In this document: piece after piece, positions 29,874 through 38,209 of the stretch | Layout: every line of letters begins with the position of its first letter | How positions within the stretch are numbered: the first letter of the stretch is position 1 | IMG/VR virus record: IMGVR_UViG_3300037670_000034 | Location: 1-60,826 of that record | Origin: a virus | Taxonomy: Duplodnaviria; Caudoviricetes | Length of the DNA: 60,826 nucleotides | Direction: 5' to 3' (one strand) | Made by a program: the position numbers and the translations under genes | Notes under the pieces: model-generated | What the model was told of the DNA's origin: nothing | The model's database searches: none | What the model saw: only the letters and a program-made list of their open reading frames with translations

Positions 29874-30557
29874 TCAGCTCGGGATCACGTAGGAAACGAG
29901 CATGCGTGCCGCGCCTTCAGTCGCGCCGCCGGCACTATAGGTCGCGATCAGATCCTGGTCAGTAACTTCGGCGGTAGCGGCTGGATCGACCTCGAATACA
30001 GTGCCAGCGGCAGCGGTCAGATCGACCTGAGTGCTGCCCAGGTAGCGCGACAACTCGCCTGTCACGCCGATCGAGAGCGATGGAGCGCCATCGAACGGCG
30101 CGTCAACGATAATCGCAGCCAAGCGCACGACCGCGTTGGCCGGCAGTTGGAACATGGCCACGGTACCGGTCGAGTCGAACTCAAGGTCGGTGGTGTCGGT
30201 CGCCTCGAGGTTGGTCGCAGATGCCGAAGCCCCCCAAGACAGATTGCCGGTGCCATCGGTCTTCAGGACGAAGTCCGCAGTACCGTAGTTCGCCGGCATT
30301 TTGAAGTTCAGGTTCTGAGTCATGCCGGTGTCCGGCCGGCTGATTGTCAGCGTCCAGTCATCGCCAGCGCCTGCAGCCCCCTCGTTCAGCGTCAGGCTAT
30401 CGCCGCTGGCCTGGATGCTGCTGCCCACCAACGGTACGTCATCGGTGTCGTCAGCATTACGCGCACGGACCTTGCCGCCCGCGCTCTTCAGCTGCAGTCC
30501 GTTGATGCCCAGTCGAAACAGGGTGCTGAATGTGCCGCGTAGGTCGAGAAAGCGCAT
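29874..30557 (-). CDS. Putative virion fibre/decoration protein
   Basis: N-terminus paralogous to 29204..29869 (DLRGT..FG/RLG); VLKTDGTGNLSW motif. Confidence 0.65.
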   Translation of the reverse strand: MRFLDLRGTFSTLFRLGINGLQLKSAGGKVRARNADDTDDVPLVGSSIQASGDSLTLNEGAAGAGDDWTLTISRPDTGMTQNLNFKMPANYGTADFVLKTDGTGNLSWGASASATNLEATDTTDLEFDSTGTVAMFQLPANAVVRLAAIIVDAPFDGAPSLSIGVTGELSRYLGSTQVDLTAAAGTVFEVDPAATAEVTDQDLIATYSAGGATEGAARMLVSYVIPS

Positions 30558-30567
30558 GGTGGTTACC

Positions 30568-31029
30568 TCAGTTTAGGTTGAGCACAACGAAACCAGAGCC
30601 GGCTGTTGCGCCTGCGCCTGGGGTGATTTCGAGATAGATGCCAGTGCCCGCGGCTAGCGATGCACCCGGCGTGGATTCGTAGGTCGCGGGGTAGTCGGGC
30701 GCCACCTGATCGCTGTCGAGCAGCACTGCGCCGGCCTGGGTACGGATGCGTAGTGCAGCGTCCTCGCCGTCAAACGGCGTCGCTACGATCAACTGCACGG
30801 ACACCAACAGGCCTGAGTCGCTGAGCACGTGCAGCAGGCGCGGAGACGCATCGCCATAGGCGAAGGCAATCGGCGGCAGTACCTGGCCGCTCTCTCCCTT
30901 CGGCCCGCGCAGCCCTGCAGCGATGACAGCGCGCGGAGCCTTCTGGCGAACAGCAATTGGCCCTGGCCGCTTCTGTACAACGGCAACGGCCGAGCTGGTG
31001 CGCGCAGCGCGGGTGGCGATCGCTGTCAC
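30568..31029 (-). CDS. Putative virion protein with a short collagen-like stretch
   Basis: GTGA-coupled start; GLRGPKGESG; C-terminal domain resembles that of 29874..30557. Confidence 0.6.
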   Translation of the reverse strand: MTAIATRAARTSSAVAVVQKRPGPIAVRQKAPRAVIAAGLRGPKGESGQVLPPIAFAYGDASPRLLHVLSDSGLLVSVQLIVATPFDGEDAALRIRTQAGAVLLDSDQVAPDYPATYESTPGASLAAGTGIYLEITPGAGATAGSGFVVLNLN

Positions 31030-31637
31030 GTCGTCACCTCGCGAGTTACCTCGATCGGGCTGATCGCGGTCAGCTTGTAGACCTGACCGCCCGGGGCGAT
31101 GACTTCGGCCTCGTAGACGCCCTTGCTCCAGTCCAGCGCCTCGGACTGCTCGGCGGTCATGGTCAGCACGAACTGGCTCAACGCAACGTCGACGGTTACC
31201 AGACTGTCGGGGCTCTGTGCCGGATCGCTGTCCCAGGTATGCAGCAGCTCGCCGCCAATGGATTTGCGCACCTGGGCACGGCACCGCCAGCCTGTGATAT
31301 CTGCTGGCTTCGGTACGATCAGCAGACCGGTACCTGAAAACGGACGCCAACAATGGGCGTTCACGCCGTTCAGTTCCAGGGTGTCGGCGTCGATGACTTT
31401 CGGGTAAACCCAATCATCTGCCGGCGTGTTCAGCTCGGCCGGAGTCTTCACGCACTCGATGCGCACCGGCCAGCCGTCCGGCACGCCATGGTTCTCGACA
31501 GTCAACCGGGCCGGCGCCGTCTGCGGCATCGCAGTGATCACCGGGTACGGAGACATGAACTCTCCCTCGGCATACATGATGCCGAACTCGAAGGTCTCGC
31601 CTCGGTAGATGGTGATGGGGATTTCAGGCGCCGACAT
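31026..31637 (-). CDS. Putative virion structural protein
   Basis: ITIYRGETF..DITGWRCRAQVR..GVYEAEV; AGGAG RBS. Confidence 0.65.
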   Translation of the reverse strand: MSAPEIPITIYRGETFEFGIMYAEGEFMSPYPVITAMPQTAPARLTVENHGVPDGWPVRIECVKTPAELNTPADDWVYPKVIDADTLELNGVNAHCWRPFSGTGLLIVPKPADITGWRCRAQVRKSIGGELLHTWDSDPAQSPDSLVTVDVALSQFVLTMTAEQSEALDWSKGVYEAEVIAPGGQVYKLTAISPIEVTREVTT

Positions 31638-31666
31638 GCCGATGCTCCTTTTCTCGATAGGCACCG

Positions 31667-31694
31667 ACGCTATGTCACTGATCACACCTGACAA
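31667..31694 (-). promoter_or_regulatory. Putative late promoter copy 6 (TTGTCA-N10-GTGACA-TAGCGT)
   Basis: Motif immediately after a terminator. Confidence 0.7.
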
Positions 31695-31702
31695 GCATCC
31701 AC

Positions 31703-31728
31703 AAAAAAGCCCGCACTCGGCGGGCTTT
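31703..31728 (-). terminator. Intrinsic terminator
   Basis: AAAGCCCGC-CGAGT-GCGGGCTTTTTT. Confidence 0.8.
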
Positions 31729-31744
31729 CTCGCACCAGCATCTG

Positions 31745-32047
31745 TCAGGACGGTGATTCGCTGGCGACCAGCACCAGATCCATTGCGCCCTGGAACACGG
31801 CACCGGCACTGGCGATGCGCATATCGCTGCGCAGGATCGGGCTGCGGCCGACGTCAGGCACCGGCAGCGACAGCCGCTGCAGGCCGTAGACGCTGACCTG
31901 GCCAACATCGCGCGCCAGGTCGTGCGCAGCAACGGATTGCACAGCGACAGCAGGCAGGCCAGTGTCGCGCGCCGGCTCAGCCATAACAGCGCCGCCGGCC
32001 AGCGCCAGGGCGATCAGAGGTACCAGCATGGATTTCGTCTTGAGCAT
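31745..32047 (-). CDS. Hypothetical exported protein
   Basis: Signal-peptide-like MLKTKSMLVPLIALALAGGAVMA; has its own promoter motif and terminator. Confidence 0.6.
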   Translation of the reverse strand: MLKTKSMLVPLIALALAGGAVMAEPARDTGLPAVAVQSVAAHDLARDVGQVSVYGLQRLSLPVPDVGRSPILRSDMRIASAGAVFQGAMDLVLVASESPS

Positions 32048-32097
32048 GGGGAAAGCCTCTTGGTTGGTGACGAATCGATCAGATCGACTGCACCACC

Positions 32098-32125
32098 TGG
32101 GTATGTCACTGCGCGGCTCTGGCAA
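32098..32125 (-). promoter_or_regulatory. Putative late promoter copy 7 (TTGCCA-N10-GTGACA-TACCCA)
   Basis: Motif begins right after the terS stop. Confidence 0.65.
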
Positions 32126-32704
32126 CTATCCCTCGCCCATCAGGCGACGCAAGCGCTCTTCATACGGCTCTTCATGCTCCTGCTCGTCGAGGTTATAGGC
32201 CTGGCGCTCGAGCGGAATCAGGTTCTTGAGTGCTGATGACAGGTCGCGCACCACGCCAGCATGCGACGCAAGGCTCACCAGTTTCAGGAGTTGGCTACGC
32301 CGCCGGCTGTTCTCGTCGCCGGCCGTTTCTTCGTGAATGGCGTCCTCGATCTCTTCCCGGCTGGTCGCGGCCTGCTCCAACTGCATGAACAGCATCGACA
32401 CAATGTAGTGACCCTTGGCGATATCCCGGCGATGCCTTCGTACCACGTCCGCCCCAGTGTTTGCGGCTGCTTCGACGATTTCCTTGTCGCGCGCGTTCGG
32501 GGCTCGTACCTCTTCTCGTACCAGCTTCTCCTTCACCTTATCGCGCACAGCACCTGCCAGATCCTTCTGCCAGTTCTCAGCCTTCGCCTTCTTCCTGATC
32601 ATTCCTTCGCTGACGCCGTACTTCTTGCCCAGCATCACGTTGGATAGCTGGCCTGCACGGTACTCGTTGTGGATAGCCTCCCAGTCAGGCTTGTTGTCTG
32701 CCAT
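32126..32704 (-). CDS. terS: Terminase small subunit
   Basis: KPDWEAIHNEYRAG..KYGVSEGMIRKKAKAENW; LERQAYNLD. Confidence 0.8.
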   Translation of the reverse strand: MADNKPDWEAIHNEYRAGQLSNVMLGKKYGVSEGMIRKKAKAENWQKDLAGAVRDKVKEKLVREEVRAPNARDKEIVEAAANTGADVVRRHRRDIAKGHYIVSMLFMQLEQAATSREEIEDAIHEETAGDENSRRRSQLLKLVSLASHAGVVRDLSSALKNLIPLERQAYNLDEQEHEEPYEERLRRLMGEG

Positions 32705-33176
32705 TGCACACCTCCAACATCTCTATCCATGGCTGCTCATGCTCTGCTATGCAGCCCAACGGCAGCCACTGCACACCAGCAGCAGTGCATGCCTGGCTCA
32801 TAAGCAACGACTCGGCTCCAGTCATATCTGCGGCCACCATCAGGCGGATGGCCGTCGGCAGCCTGGCGTAGCCGAGTTGTACGCCATAGCTGATCACCTG
32901 CCCTATCGCTCCCAGAATGGCGCGCTGCTCGTCCCCGGCTTTCTTCACCTCCAGAGCGGTGATGCTCCCGTCTGCGTGAAACAGCACGAAGTCGACACGC
33001 CCACGCGGCAGGGGATACTCACGCTCCCAATGCAGGATTACGGGCAGACCAGCCGCCTCGGCGAACTGGCCTTGCTCCAGCAGAACCTGCACCAATTGGC
33101 ACACGCCAGCTTCCGCACGCAGAAAGCGACCGCGGTCGGCGACCAACCTGGCAACAGCGTTGTCGCGCCTACCCAT
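32685..33176 (-). CDS. PD-(D/E)XK nuclease-family protein
   Basis: EREY..GRVDFV..ALEVKK..AIGQVISY. Confidence 0.65.
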   Translation of the reverse strand: MGRRDNAVARLVADRGRFLRAEAGVCQLVQVLLEQGQFAEAAGLPVILHWEREYPLPRGRVDFVLFHADGSITALEVKKAGDEQRAILGAIGQVISYGVQLGYARLPTAIRLMVAADMTGAESLLMSQACTAAGVQWLPLGCIAEHEQPWIEMLEVCNGRQQA

Positions 33177-33627
33177 CACGGCCACCGTCACAACCTGTCA
33201 CAGTGACAGCAGCGTGACCGGTCACACTGTCCAGCGTGACTGCGTTCGGCTGCACTGCCTGCATCGCAGCCCGGCGCAGCTCATGAATGCGAGTGCCATT
33301 GGCGCGGATGTGCTCGGCCAACTGCTCGGCCGCGCCGATGATCACCTCGCCCAGCGCCTCGAACTGGCAGGTGATATGCCCATCGTTCACGCTGTGCTGC
33401 ACGTCCTGGCCGTCGAACTGCACGGTGATCTGAATACGCCAGCGCTGGCCACCTGGCTTGCGCACTCCGAACGGACGGGCGATATACAGGCGGTAGATGC
33501 CATGGCGCGGCACCTGATGCTCGACGAACAGGCGCCGCGGCCCGTCGTTGAATACCTCGGCCAGGGTTTTGCCCTGGATCTGGTCAGCCGCCTCCTGGGC
33601 GACCTCCTGCAGGGTTTTGGCTTCCAT
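33169..33627 (-). CDS. Hypothetical protein; 3' end carries a GTGAC/GTCAC repeat cluster
   Basis: Coupled ORF; C-terminal VT-rich tail encoded by DNA repeats. Confidence 0.6.
   Translation of the reverse strand: MEAKTLQEVAQEAADQIQGKTLAEVFNDGPRRLFVEHQVPRHGIYRLYIARPFGVRKPGGQRWRIQITVQFDGQDVQHSVNDGHITCQFEALGEVIIGAAEQLAEHIRANGTRIHELRRAAMQAVQPNAVTLDSVTGHAAVTVTGCDGGRDG
33187..33240. repeat. GTGAC/GTCAC cluster, copy of the putative ori iterons
   Basis: 33194-33231 matches 41733-41770 at 33/38 nt. Confidence 0.85.
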
Positions 33628-33926
33628 TACGCGCTCCTACGTGAAATCTGACGGCCTGCATCAGCCTGACGCCTTGCGGCTTCACGTAGCGCCGCGCGCC
33701 GGGTGCGCCAACAGTCGGTTACGCTACAGGCGTAGCGCGCTATCTCTGGATGCATGCGGTATGGATGTACGACGTTCGGCTCTGGCTGCGGCTCACGCCT
33801 GCTGGTGATCAGATGCTCGGCCACTCCGAATCGGAATGCGCCAGCGTGATCGAGCCAGGTGAAGGTGACGATGAATACAGTGCGGCCGGCGCGGAGTTCG
33901 TCGGCACGGTAGGTCTTGCGTCGCAT
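33627..33926 (-). CDS. Hypothetical protein
   Basis: 99-aa coupled ORF. Confidence 0.6.
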   Translation of the reverse strand: MRRKTYRADELRAGRTVFIVTFTWLDHAGAFRFGVAEHLITSRREPQPEPNVVHPYRMHPEIARYACSVTDCWRTRRAALREAARRQADAGRQISRRSA

Positions 33927-33960
33927 GGTCTGCCCCCATGTTCGCGATTGGTTGGGAGGG

Positions 33961-34461
33961 TTACGGCGCCAACTTGCACACCCTGTGCAAGCTGACGAGC
34001 TCTTCCTGCAAACTCAGGATCTGAGCTCGCTGGACTTTGAGGCCGGCAACGAGGGCTGGATAAGCTCGTCGAGCAGCGGCTGTAAGTTCTGGGGTTCCTG
34101 CATCAGGCTCGCCGGTAACGGCCCCGGCTGCCCCCACTCGCACTGCGGGGCAGGTGGCAGCGACTCGCAGCCCGCAAGTGCCATCAGCAAGGCAGCGATA
34201 CATAGAGTCGGCATAGTCTTCGGCACGTTGTTTCTCCTTCAGAAAGGCGCTCTCGCGCGCCGCCTGGTCGTTGGCCAGTTCGCGTTGCAGTCGCATGGTC
34301 CCGCGCAGGGAGTTGGCTGCAGCCGCGTGCTGGCTGGCCAAGGTCACGGCGTTGTCTCGCTCAAGCGCAACGGTGTCGAGGCGCAGCCAGAGCAGCGCTA
34401 TGGCAATGGCCATGGCCATGCAAGCGGCAACCAGGGCGCGGATCACTGGACGCTCCAGCAC
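33961..34461 (-). CDS. Rz-like inner-membrane spanin
   Basis: N-terminal TM segment, coiled coil, LRVAATCP. Confidence 0.85.
   Translation of the reverse strand: MLERPVIRALVAACMAMAIAIALLWLRLDTVALERDNAVTLASQHAAAANSLRGTMRLQRELANDQAARESAFLKEKQRAEDYADSMYRCLADGTCGLRVAATCPAVRVGAAGAVTGEPDAGTPELTAAARRAYPALVAGLKVQRAQILSLQEELVSLHRVCKLAP
34014..34214 (-). CDS. Rz1-like outer-membrane lipoprotein spanin embedded in Rz
   Basis: Lipobox LAGC, Pro-rich, alternate reading frame. Confidence 0.75.
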   Translation of the reverse strand: MPTLCIAALLMALAGCESLPPAPQCEWGQPGPLPASLMQEPQNLQPLLDELIQPSLPASKSSELRS

Positions 34462-35048
34462 TTGGCGTGGCGCTCAAGCTGGCGAGTCCACACGCCATGG
34501 CAGACCTTGTTGCCTGGTGTGGCGCAATCGAACCGCCAGCGCGTCGGCTTGCCATCCTTGAACCTGAACGGCTCCCAGCCCTTGATGTATCGCTCACTGG
34601 TCACGAAGCGGTATTGCAGCAGCGCGTTGCAGGCCTTCGGATGGTTGCCGGCGATCAACTCACGACGCATATCCGACGCCCGCCAGGTGCCAATGCCGTA
34701 CTGGCCGGTGAAGTCGATGTAGAGGTCGTATTCCTCCTGATACAGCTTCACGCCTGGCAGCGATGCCTGGAATCGTCGCTCTTCCTCGCTGTGCAGCGCC
34801 CTGGCCAACTGCTGGGCGCGCTCGCGGGTGATGGGAGGATCTGCGAGGGTGACGCGCGTACCGTCTTCGTAGCGGGTCGAGCCGTGGCCGATGGTTGGCA
34901 CGTCGCCCTTGGTTGGGATGTGCGGTGCAAGCAGCTCGACGCCATCCTTCTGCACCACCGGGCTTTCGCCCTCGCTCTTGATCCAGGCGCCGAAGCCGGC
35001 CAGGCTGAGCGTCAGCGCCGTGACGGCAATTCGATTGCGGATGCTCAT
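34443..35048 (-). CDS. GH24 endolysin, SAR-like N-terminus
   Basis: IAVTALTLSLAGFGAWIKSEG..GDVPTIGHGST..GVWTRQLERHAKC. Confidence 0.85.
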   Translation of the reverse strand: MSIRNRIAVTALTLSLAGFGAWIKSEGESPVVQKDGVELLAPHIPTKGDVPTIGHGSTRYEDGTRVTLADPPITRERAQQLARALHSEEERRFQASLPGVKLYQEEYDLYIDFTGQYGIGTWRASDMRRELIAGNHPKACNALLQYRFVTSERYIKGWEPFRFKDGKPTRWRFDCATPGNKVCHGVWTRQLERHAKCWSVQ

Positions 35049-35311
35049 TGCTGCCTTCCTTCGAGGCCGCACCGCTCGCGCAGCGCCTCGATGCGCGCCA
35101 GGCTCTCGGCCTGCTCGCGCTTGTCGCGTCGGTGCTGGAAGTAGAAATTCACCGCCAGGCCCATGACGGCGATCAGCACGCCTGAGAGGCCTATCCAGTT
35201 GATCTGCGCCAGCCAACCCAGCACACCGGCTATCGCGCCGGCCTGAGTCACCTTGTTGGCTGCGGCAGCGCCAACTACCTCGACCATCCCCTCATGAACT
35301 TGCTGTGCCAT
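35045..35311 (-). CDS. Holin
   Basis: Two TM segments and a charged C-terminus; precedes the endolysin. Confidence 0.8.
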   Translation of the reverse strand: MAQQVHEGMVEVVGAAAANKVTQAGAIAGVLGWLAQINWIGLSGVLIAVMGLAVNFYFQHRRDKREQAESLARIEALRERCGLEGRQQ

Positions 35312-35350
35312 GCCATCGCTCCCGTGCTGGCTTCGTGTGCATGGAAGGCC

Positions 35351-35410
35351 ACGCTATGTCACGCGCCGGAATCTGCAAGCGCTTGCAGATTCCGGCGCGT
35401 GACATAGCGT
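35351..35410. repeat. Perfect 60-bp palindrome forming two back-to-back late promoter copies (8 and 9)
   Basis: ACGCTATGTCACGCGCCGGAATCTGCAAGC|GCTTGCAGATTCCGGCGCGTGACATAGCGT. Confidence 0.95.
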
Positions 35411-35441
35411 CGGAACCTCACTCACAAAGAGGGCATCACCC

Positions 35442-35729
35442 ATGGGGCAGCAGAAGTTCAACATCGACAAGGTGAGCGACGATCAGTACTTCGCCGTGAC
35501 CGAAGCCATGGCGCTGGCAGGCGCTGCATTTGAAGAGAAAGGCCCGGAAACCCTGCTGATCATCAGCCTGGGTGCCGAAGGCCATAACGACGCAATCCTT
35601 GCAGGCCACCTAGGCGATGGCCGCCTGGAAAAGCTGGAAGAATTGATGCAGCAACTGAAGGATCAGATCGGCACGCTTGGCGAGCACGACGATGCTTCAG
35701 TCCTGCATCTTGAGGAAGGTCCGGCCTAA
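35442..35729 (+). CDS. Acidic hypothetical protein, opposite strand to its neighbours
   Basis: 95 aa, GAGGG RBS, downstream of the palindromic promoter. Confidence 0.7.
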   Translation: MGQQKFNIDKVSDDQYFAVTEAMALAGAAFEEKGPETLLIISLGAEGHNDAILAGHLGDGRLEKLEELMQQLKDQIGTLGEHDDASVLHLEEGPA

Positions 35730-36193
35730 GCCTCGCTCAGCACCCAAAGCGACTTTTTCACGTCATCCGGTGTTGCCGGCTCTGCCGGCATCGCCACCGT
35801 AGTCGTCGCGCCGAACTCTTCGGACAACACCTGCTGGATACGCTGCATTACTGCCGACTTCACGCCATTTGGAACTCCGGTTACCACTACATGCGCTACC
35901 GGCGGGATCTTGATTTCAAGGGTCGTCATCTGAATTGCTCCGTTGATGGTCATCTTTTTCCGCAGTTGCGCGGGCACCGCCATTGGGCTGTTGAAAGGCG
36001 TCCTGCGCAGGTAGGGCTGGAATGCATCACTCCACGAATCCCCCCGGTACCGCCGCTGGCGTACCGTGTCCCACGCAATCCCCAAGCGCGCAGCCCAATC
36101 ACGCGCCGGCATTTCCATCGATACCTGAACCACACGCCCGCCCAGCGACAGCCGGACAGGAAGATCTGCAGCACACAGAACGTCTTCGCGCAT
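35726..36193 (-). CDS. Putative DNA-binding protein (HTH-like)
   Basis: ARDWAARLGIAWDTVRQRRYRG. Confidence 0.55.
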   Translation of the reverse strand: MREDVLCAADLPVRLSLGGRVVQVSMEMPARDWAARLGIAWDTVRQRRYRGDSWSDAFQPYLRRTPFNSPMAVPAQLRKKMTINGAIQMTTLEIKIPPVAHVVVTGVPNGVKSAVMQRIQQVLSEEFGATTTVAMPAEPATPDDVKKSLWVLSEA

Positions 36194-36277
36194 GGTCCCC
36201 TCCCACTTAATGAATCAGCCCTGCATCACGCAGGATCTTGTACTGCTCGGCCAGCCAGGCCTGGAATACTGGGTCTT

Positions 36278-37177
36278 TCACTTGTCGCCGCCCTTCCACT
36301 CCAGCGCCCTGGCGCTATCCAGTGCTGACTTCACGCTGCAGGCGGCATCGTGCTGGTCGACAGTGACGCAGTTGTCCTCGTCCTCGATCTCGTCGCGCAT
36401 GTAGCCCTGCAGGTACACGCCAGTGGCGTCTCGCAGGGTGCGGAGGGCCTCGAGTTCGGCGTATAGGCCGGCAGGGATGCGGTTCACCTGGGCAGGCTTC
36501 GCCAGTGCACTACCCTGCTGCTTCAGCGCATCGCGTGCGCCATCCTCGACGGCATAGAGTTGCAGCAGCTCGTCGACCACAGCCGTATCGCCGCGGTACC
36601 AGCGCTGGCCCAGTTCCGTCATGTGCCCATGCAGTTGGCTCAGCAATTCCGCCAGGCCAAGCTCTTTAGTTCCGGAGCGCAACGCTCTGCACGACTGTGT
36701 CAAAAGCCCCGAATAGTCCACGCGCATGCCCTTGTGATCGGCGGCCAGCAGTTCAAACGGATGCGGCGCAGCCAGCAACGGCTCGACCGGCACTACACGC
36801 TGATTCTCTGGAGCCAGTGCACGTTGCGCCTGGGTTGCGCCGAGCATTTCCCGTGCATCGTGCAGTGCGGCGCCATATGCTTCGAGACTGCATGCAGTGG
36901 TGAGGCGCTGGATCATTCCCCGCGCCGCTTCCAACTCCCCAACTACCGCCTTTACACGTGATGGAATGTCGGCATGGGAGTAACGAGTTAGAGCAGGTTC
37001 AGGACCGCGCAGAGCGATGGCCGTCTGACTGAGAAGGTCAGACTGGCGATTGCGCAGGGCGTCCAGCTCTTCGATCTCAGCCCGCAGCGACTCTATCCTC
37101 TGCTGCATGTAAACCGGGCATGTGTCGGCGTGGCGGTCGGGGTTCCAGGCGCAGTTGCATTCAACTTGATCAGTCAT
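36278..37177 (-). CDS. Hypothetical mosaic phage protein (Ead/Ea22-like)
   Basis: Coupled ORF starting MTDQVEC. Confidence 0.6.
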   Translation of the reverse strand: MTDQVECNCAWNPDRHADTCPVYMQQRIESLRAEIEELDALRNRQSDLLSQTAIALRGPEPALTRYSHADIPSRVKAVVGELEAARGMIQRLTTACSLEAYGAALHDAREMLGATQAQRALAPENQRVVPVEPLLAAPHPFELLAADHKGMRVDYSGLLTQSCRALRSGTKELGLAELLSQLHGHMTELGQRWYRGDTAVVDELLQLYAVEDGARDALKQQGSALAKPAQVNRIPAGLYAELEALRTLRDATGVYLQGYMRDEIEDEDNCVTVDQHDAACSVKSALDSARALEWKGGDK

Positions 37178-37383
37178 TTCAGTTCTCCATGGGTGATGCG
37201 CTCTGCGCTGCTTGCCCACTCGCTGCCGAAAACTTCCATCGACTCGAAGCACGGCGGTTCGGATTTGCTCTTGAAGCCGGCCAGCCAGTAGTAACCACTG
37301 TGCTGGGTGGCGCCGCAGTGGTCGCACTGCATCCAGGCGCCGAAACTGGGGGCGCTCTGGCGCCGGTATAGGTGCTGCCTCAT
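37174..37383 (-). CDS. Small Cys-containing hypothetical protein
   Basis: ATGA-coupled; CDHC motif. Confidence 0.55.
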   Translation of the reverse strand: MRQHLYRRQSAPSFGAWMQCDHCGATQHSGYYWLAGFKSKSEPPCFESMEVFGSEWASSAERITHGELK

Positions 37384-37583
37384 GCCTGGCCACCGTGCTT
37401 GTTCAGGAACTTCCTGCACTTCGCCTTCACCGTCTCGCCATTGCGCTGGTCGATGGCGTCCTCACCGTGAATGACCACGTCGCGAAGCAGTCTCAAGGCT
37501 TCCTTCAGGTGATCTTTGGCAGCCTCAGACTCTGCGCGCAGGGCGACAAGCTCCTGCCCAAGATTGTGGAAGTGGTCGCTCAC
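37380..37583 (-). CDS. Hypothetical protein
   Basis: GTGA-coupled to the ninG stop. Confidence 0.55.
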   Translation of the reverse strand: MSDHFHNLGQELVALRAESEAAKDHLKEALRLLRDVVIHGEDAIDQRNGETVKAKCRKFLNKHGGQA

Positions 37584-38209
37584 AGTGGCACCTCCTGCTT
37601 TTTCAGGTCGCGCAGCAGCGCCCGGTACTTGGCCTTGATCTGCTGCAGGTCTTCGATGGTGTACTTCTTGGGTTCGTGGGGGCCTTCCAGCCAGGCCACG
37701 GCGTCGGTGCCGATGCGCTGCACCAGATTGAGCCGGTATTCCACGATGTTTCCGGACTTGTGCTGATTGCAGGGCACGCACTGCTTGTGGCAGTTCAGGG
37801 GCTCGAAGCGCAGCGCCGGGTTGCTGCCGACGGTGCGGTAGTGGCCAGCGTCGTACTTGCCCTGGTGGTGACGGCCGCAACTGATGCAGGGCAGCAGGCG
37901 ATCGCGTTCGCGTATCCAGGCATTGAAGGCGGCCTGTGCCTCACGCATGTAGTCGCCCTTGGGCTTGATGCGCTCCCGCGCCGCGCGCAGTTCCTTCCGA
38001 CCGAGTTCGTCGATCGCCTTGCGCGCCTTCTCTCGGTTCTCCGACACCACCGCCAGGGCGCATGCGATCTCGCCGCACACGGCCTGGAACGGACGCACAG
38101 GGACGAACATCGCCTGGCAGGCCTTGCAGCGCTTCTTGCGTGCGCGTGGCTTGATACCGCTGACCTTTGCCTTCAGCGGCGTCTTGCGCTTCAATTCCGT
38201 GCGCTTCAC
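37580..38209 (-). CDS. ninG: NinG/Rap recombination endonuclease
   Basis: AQAAFNAWIRERD..CISCG..DAGHYRTVG..LRF..NCHKQC..CN..KSGN. Confidence 0.92.
   Translation of the reverse strand: MKRTELKRKTPLKAKVSGIKPRARKKRCKACQAMFVPVRPFQAVCGEIACALAVVSENREKARKAIDELGRKELRAARERIKPKGDYMREAQAAFNAWIRERDRLLPCISCGRHHQGKYDAGHYRTVGSNPALRFEPLNCHKQCVPCNQHKSGNIVEYRLNLVQRIGTDAVAWLEGPHEPKKYTIEDLQQIKAKYRALLRDLKKQEVPL

Noticed and set aside
35351-35410. Protelomerase (telRL-like) site
   Set aside because: No protelomerase gene seen, the phage has an integrase, and the arms are explained by the promoter motif.
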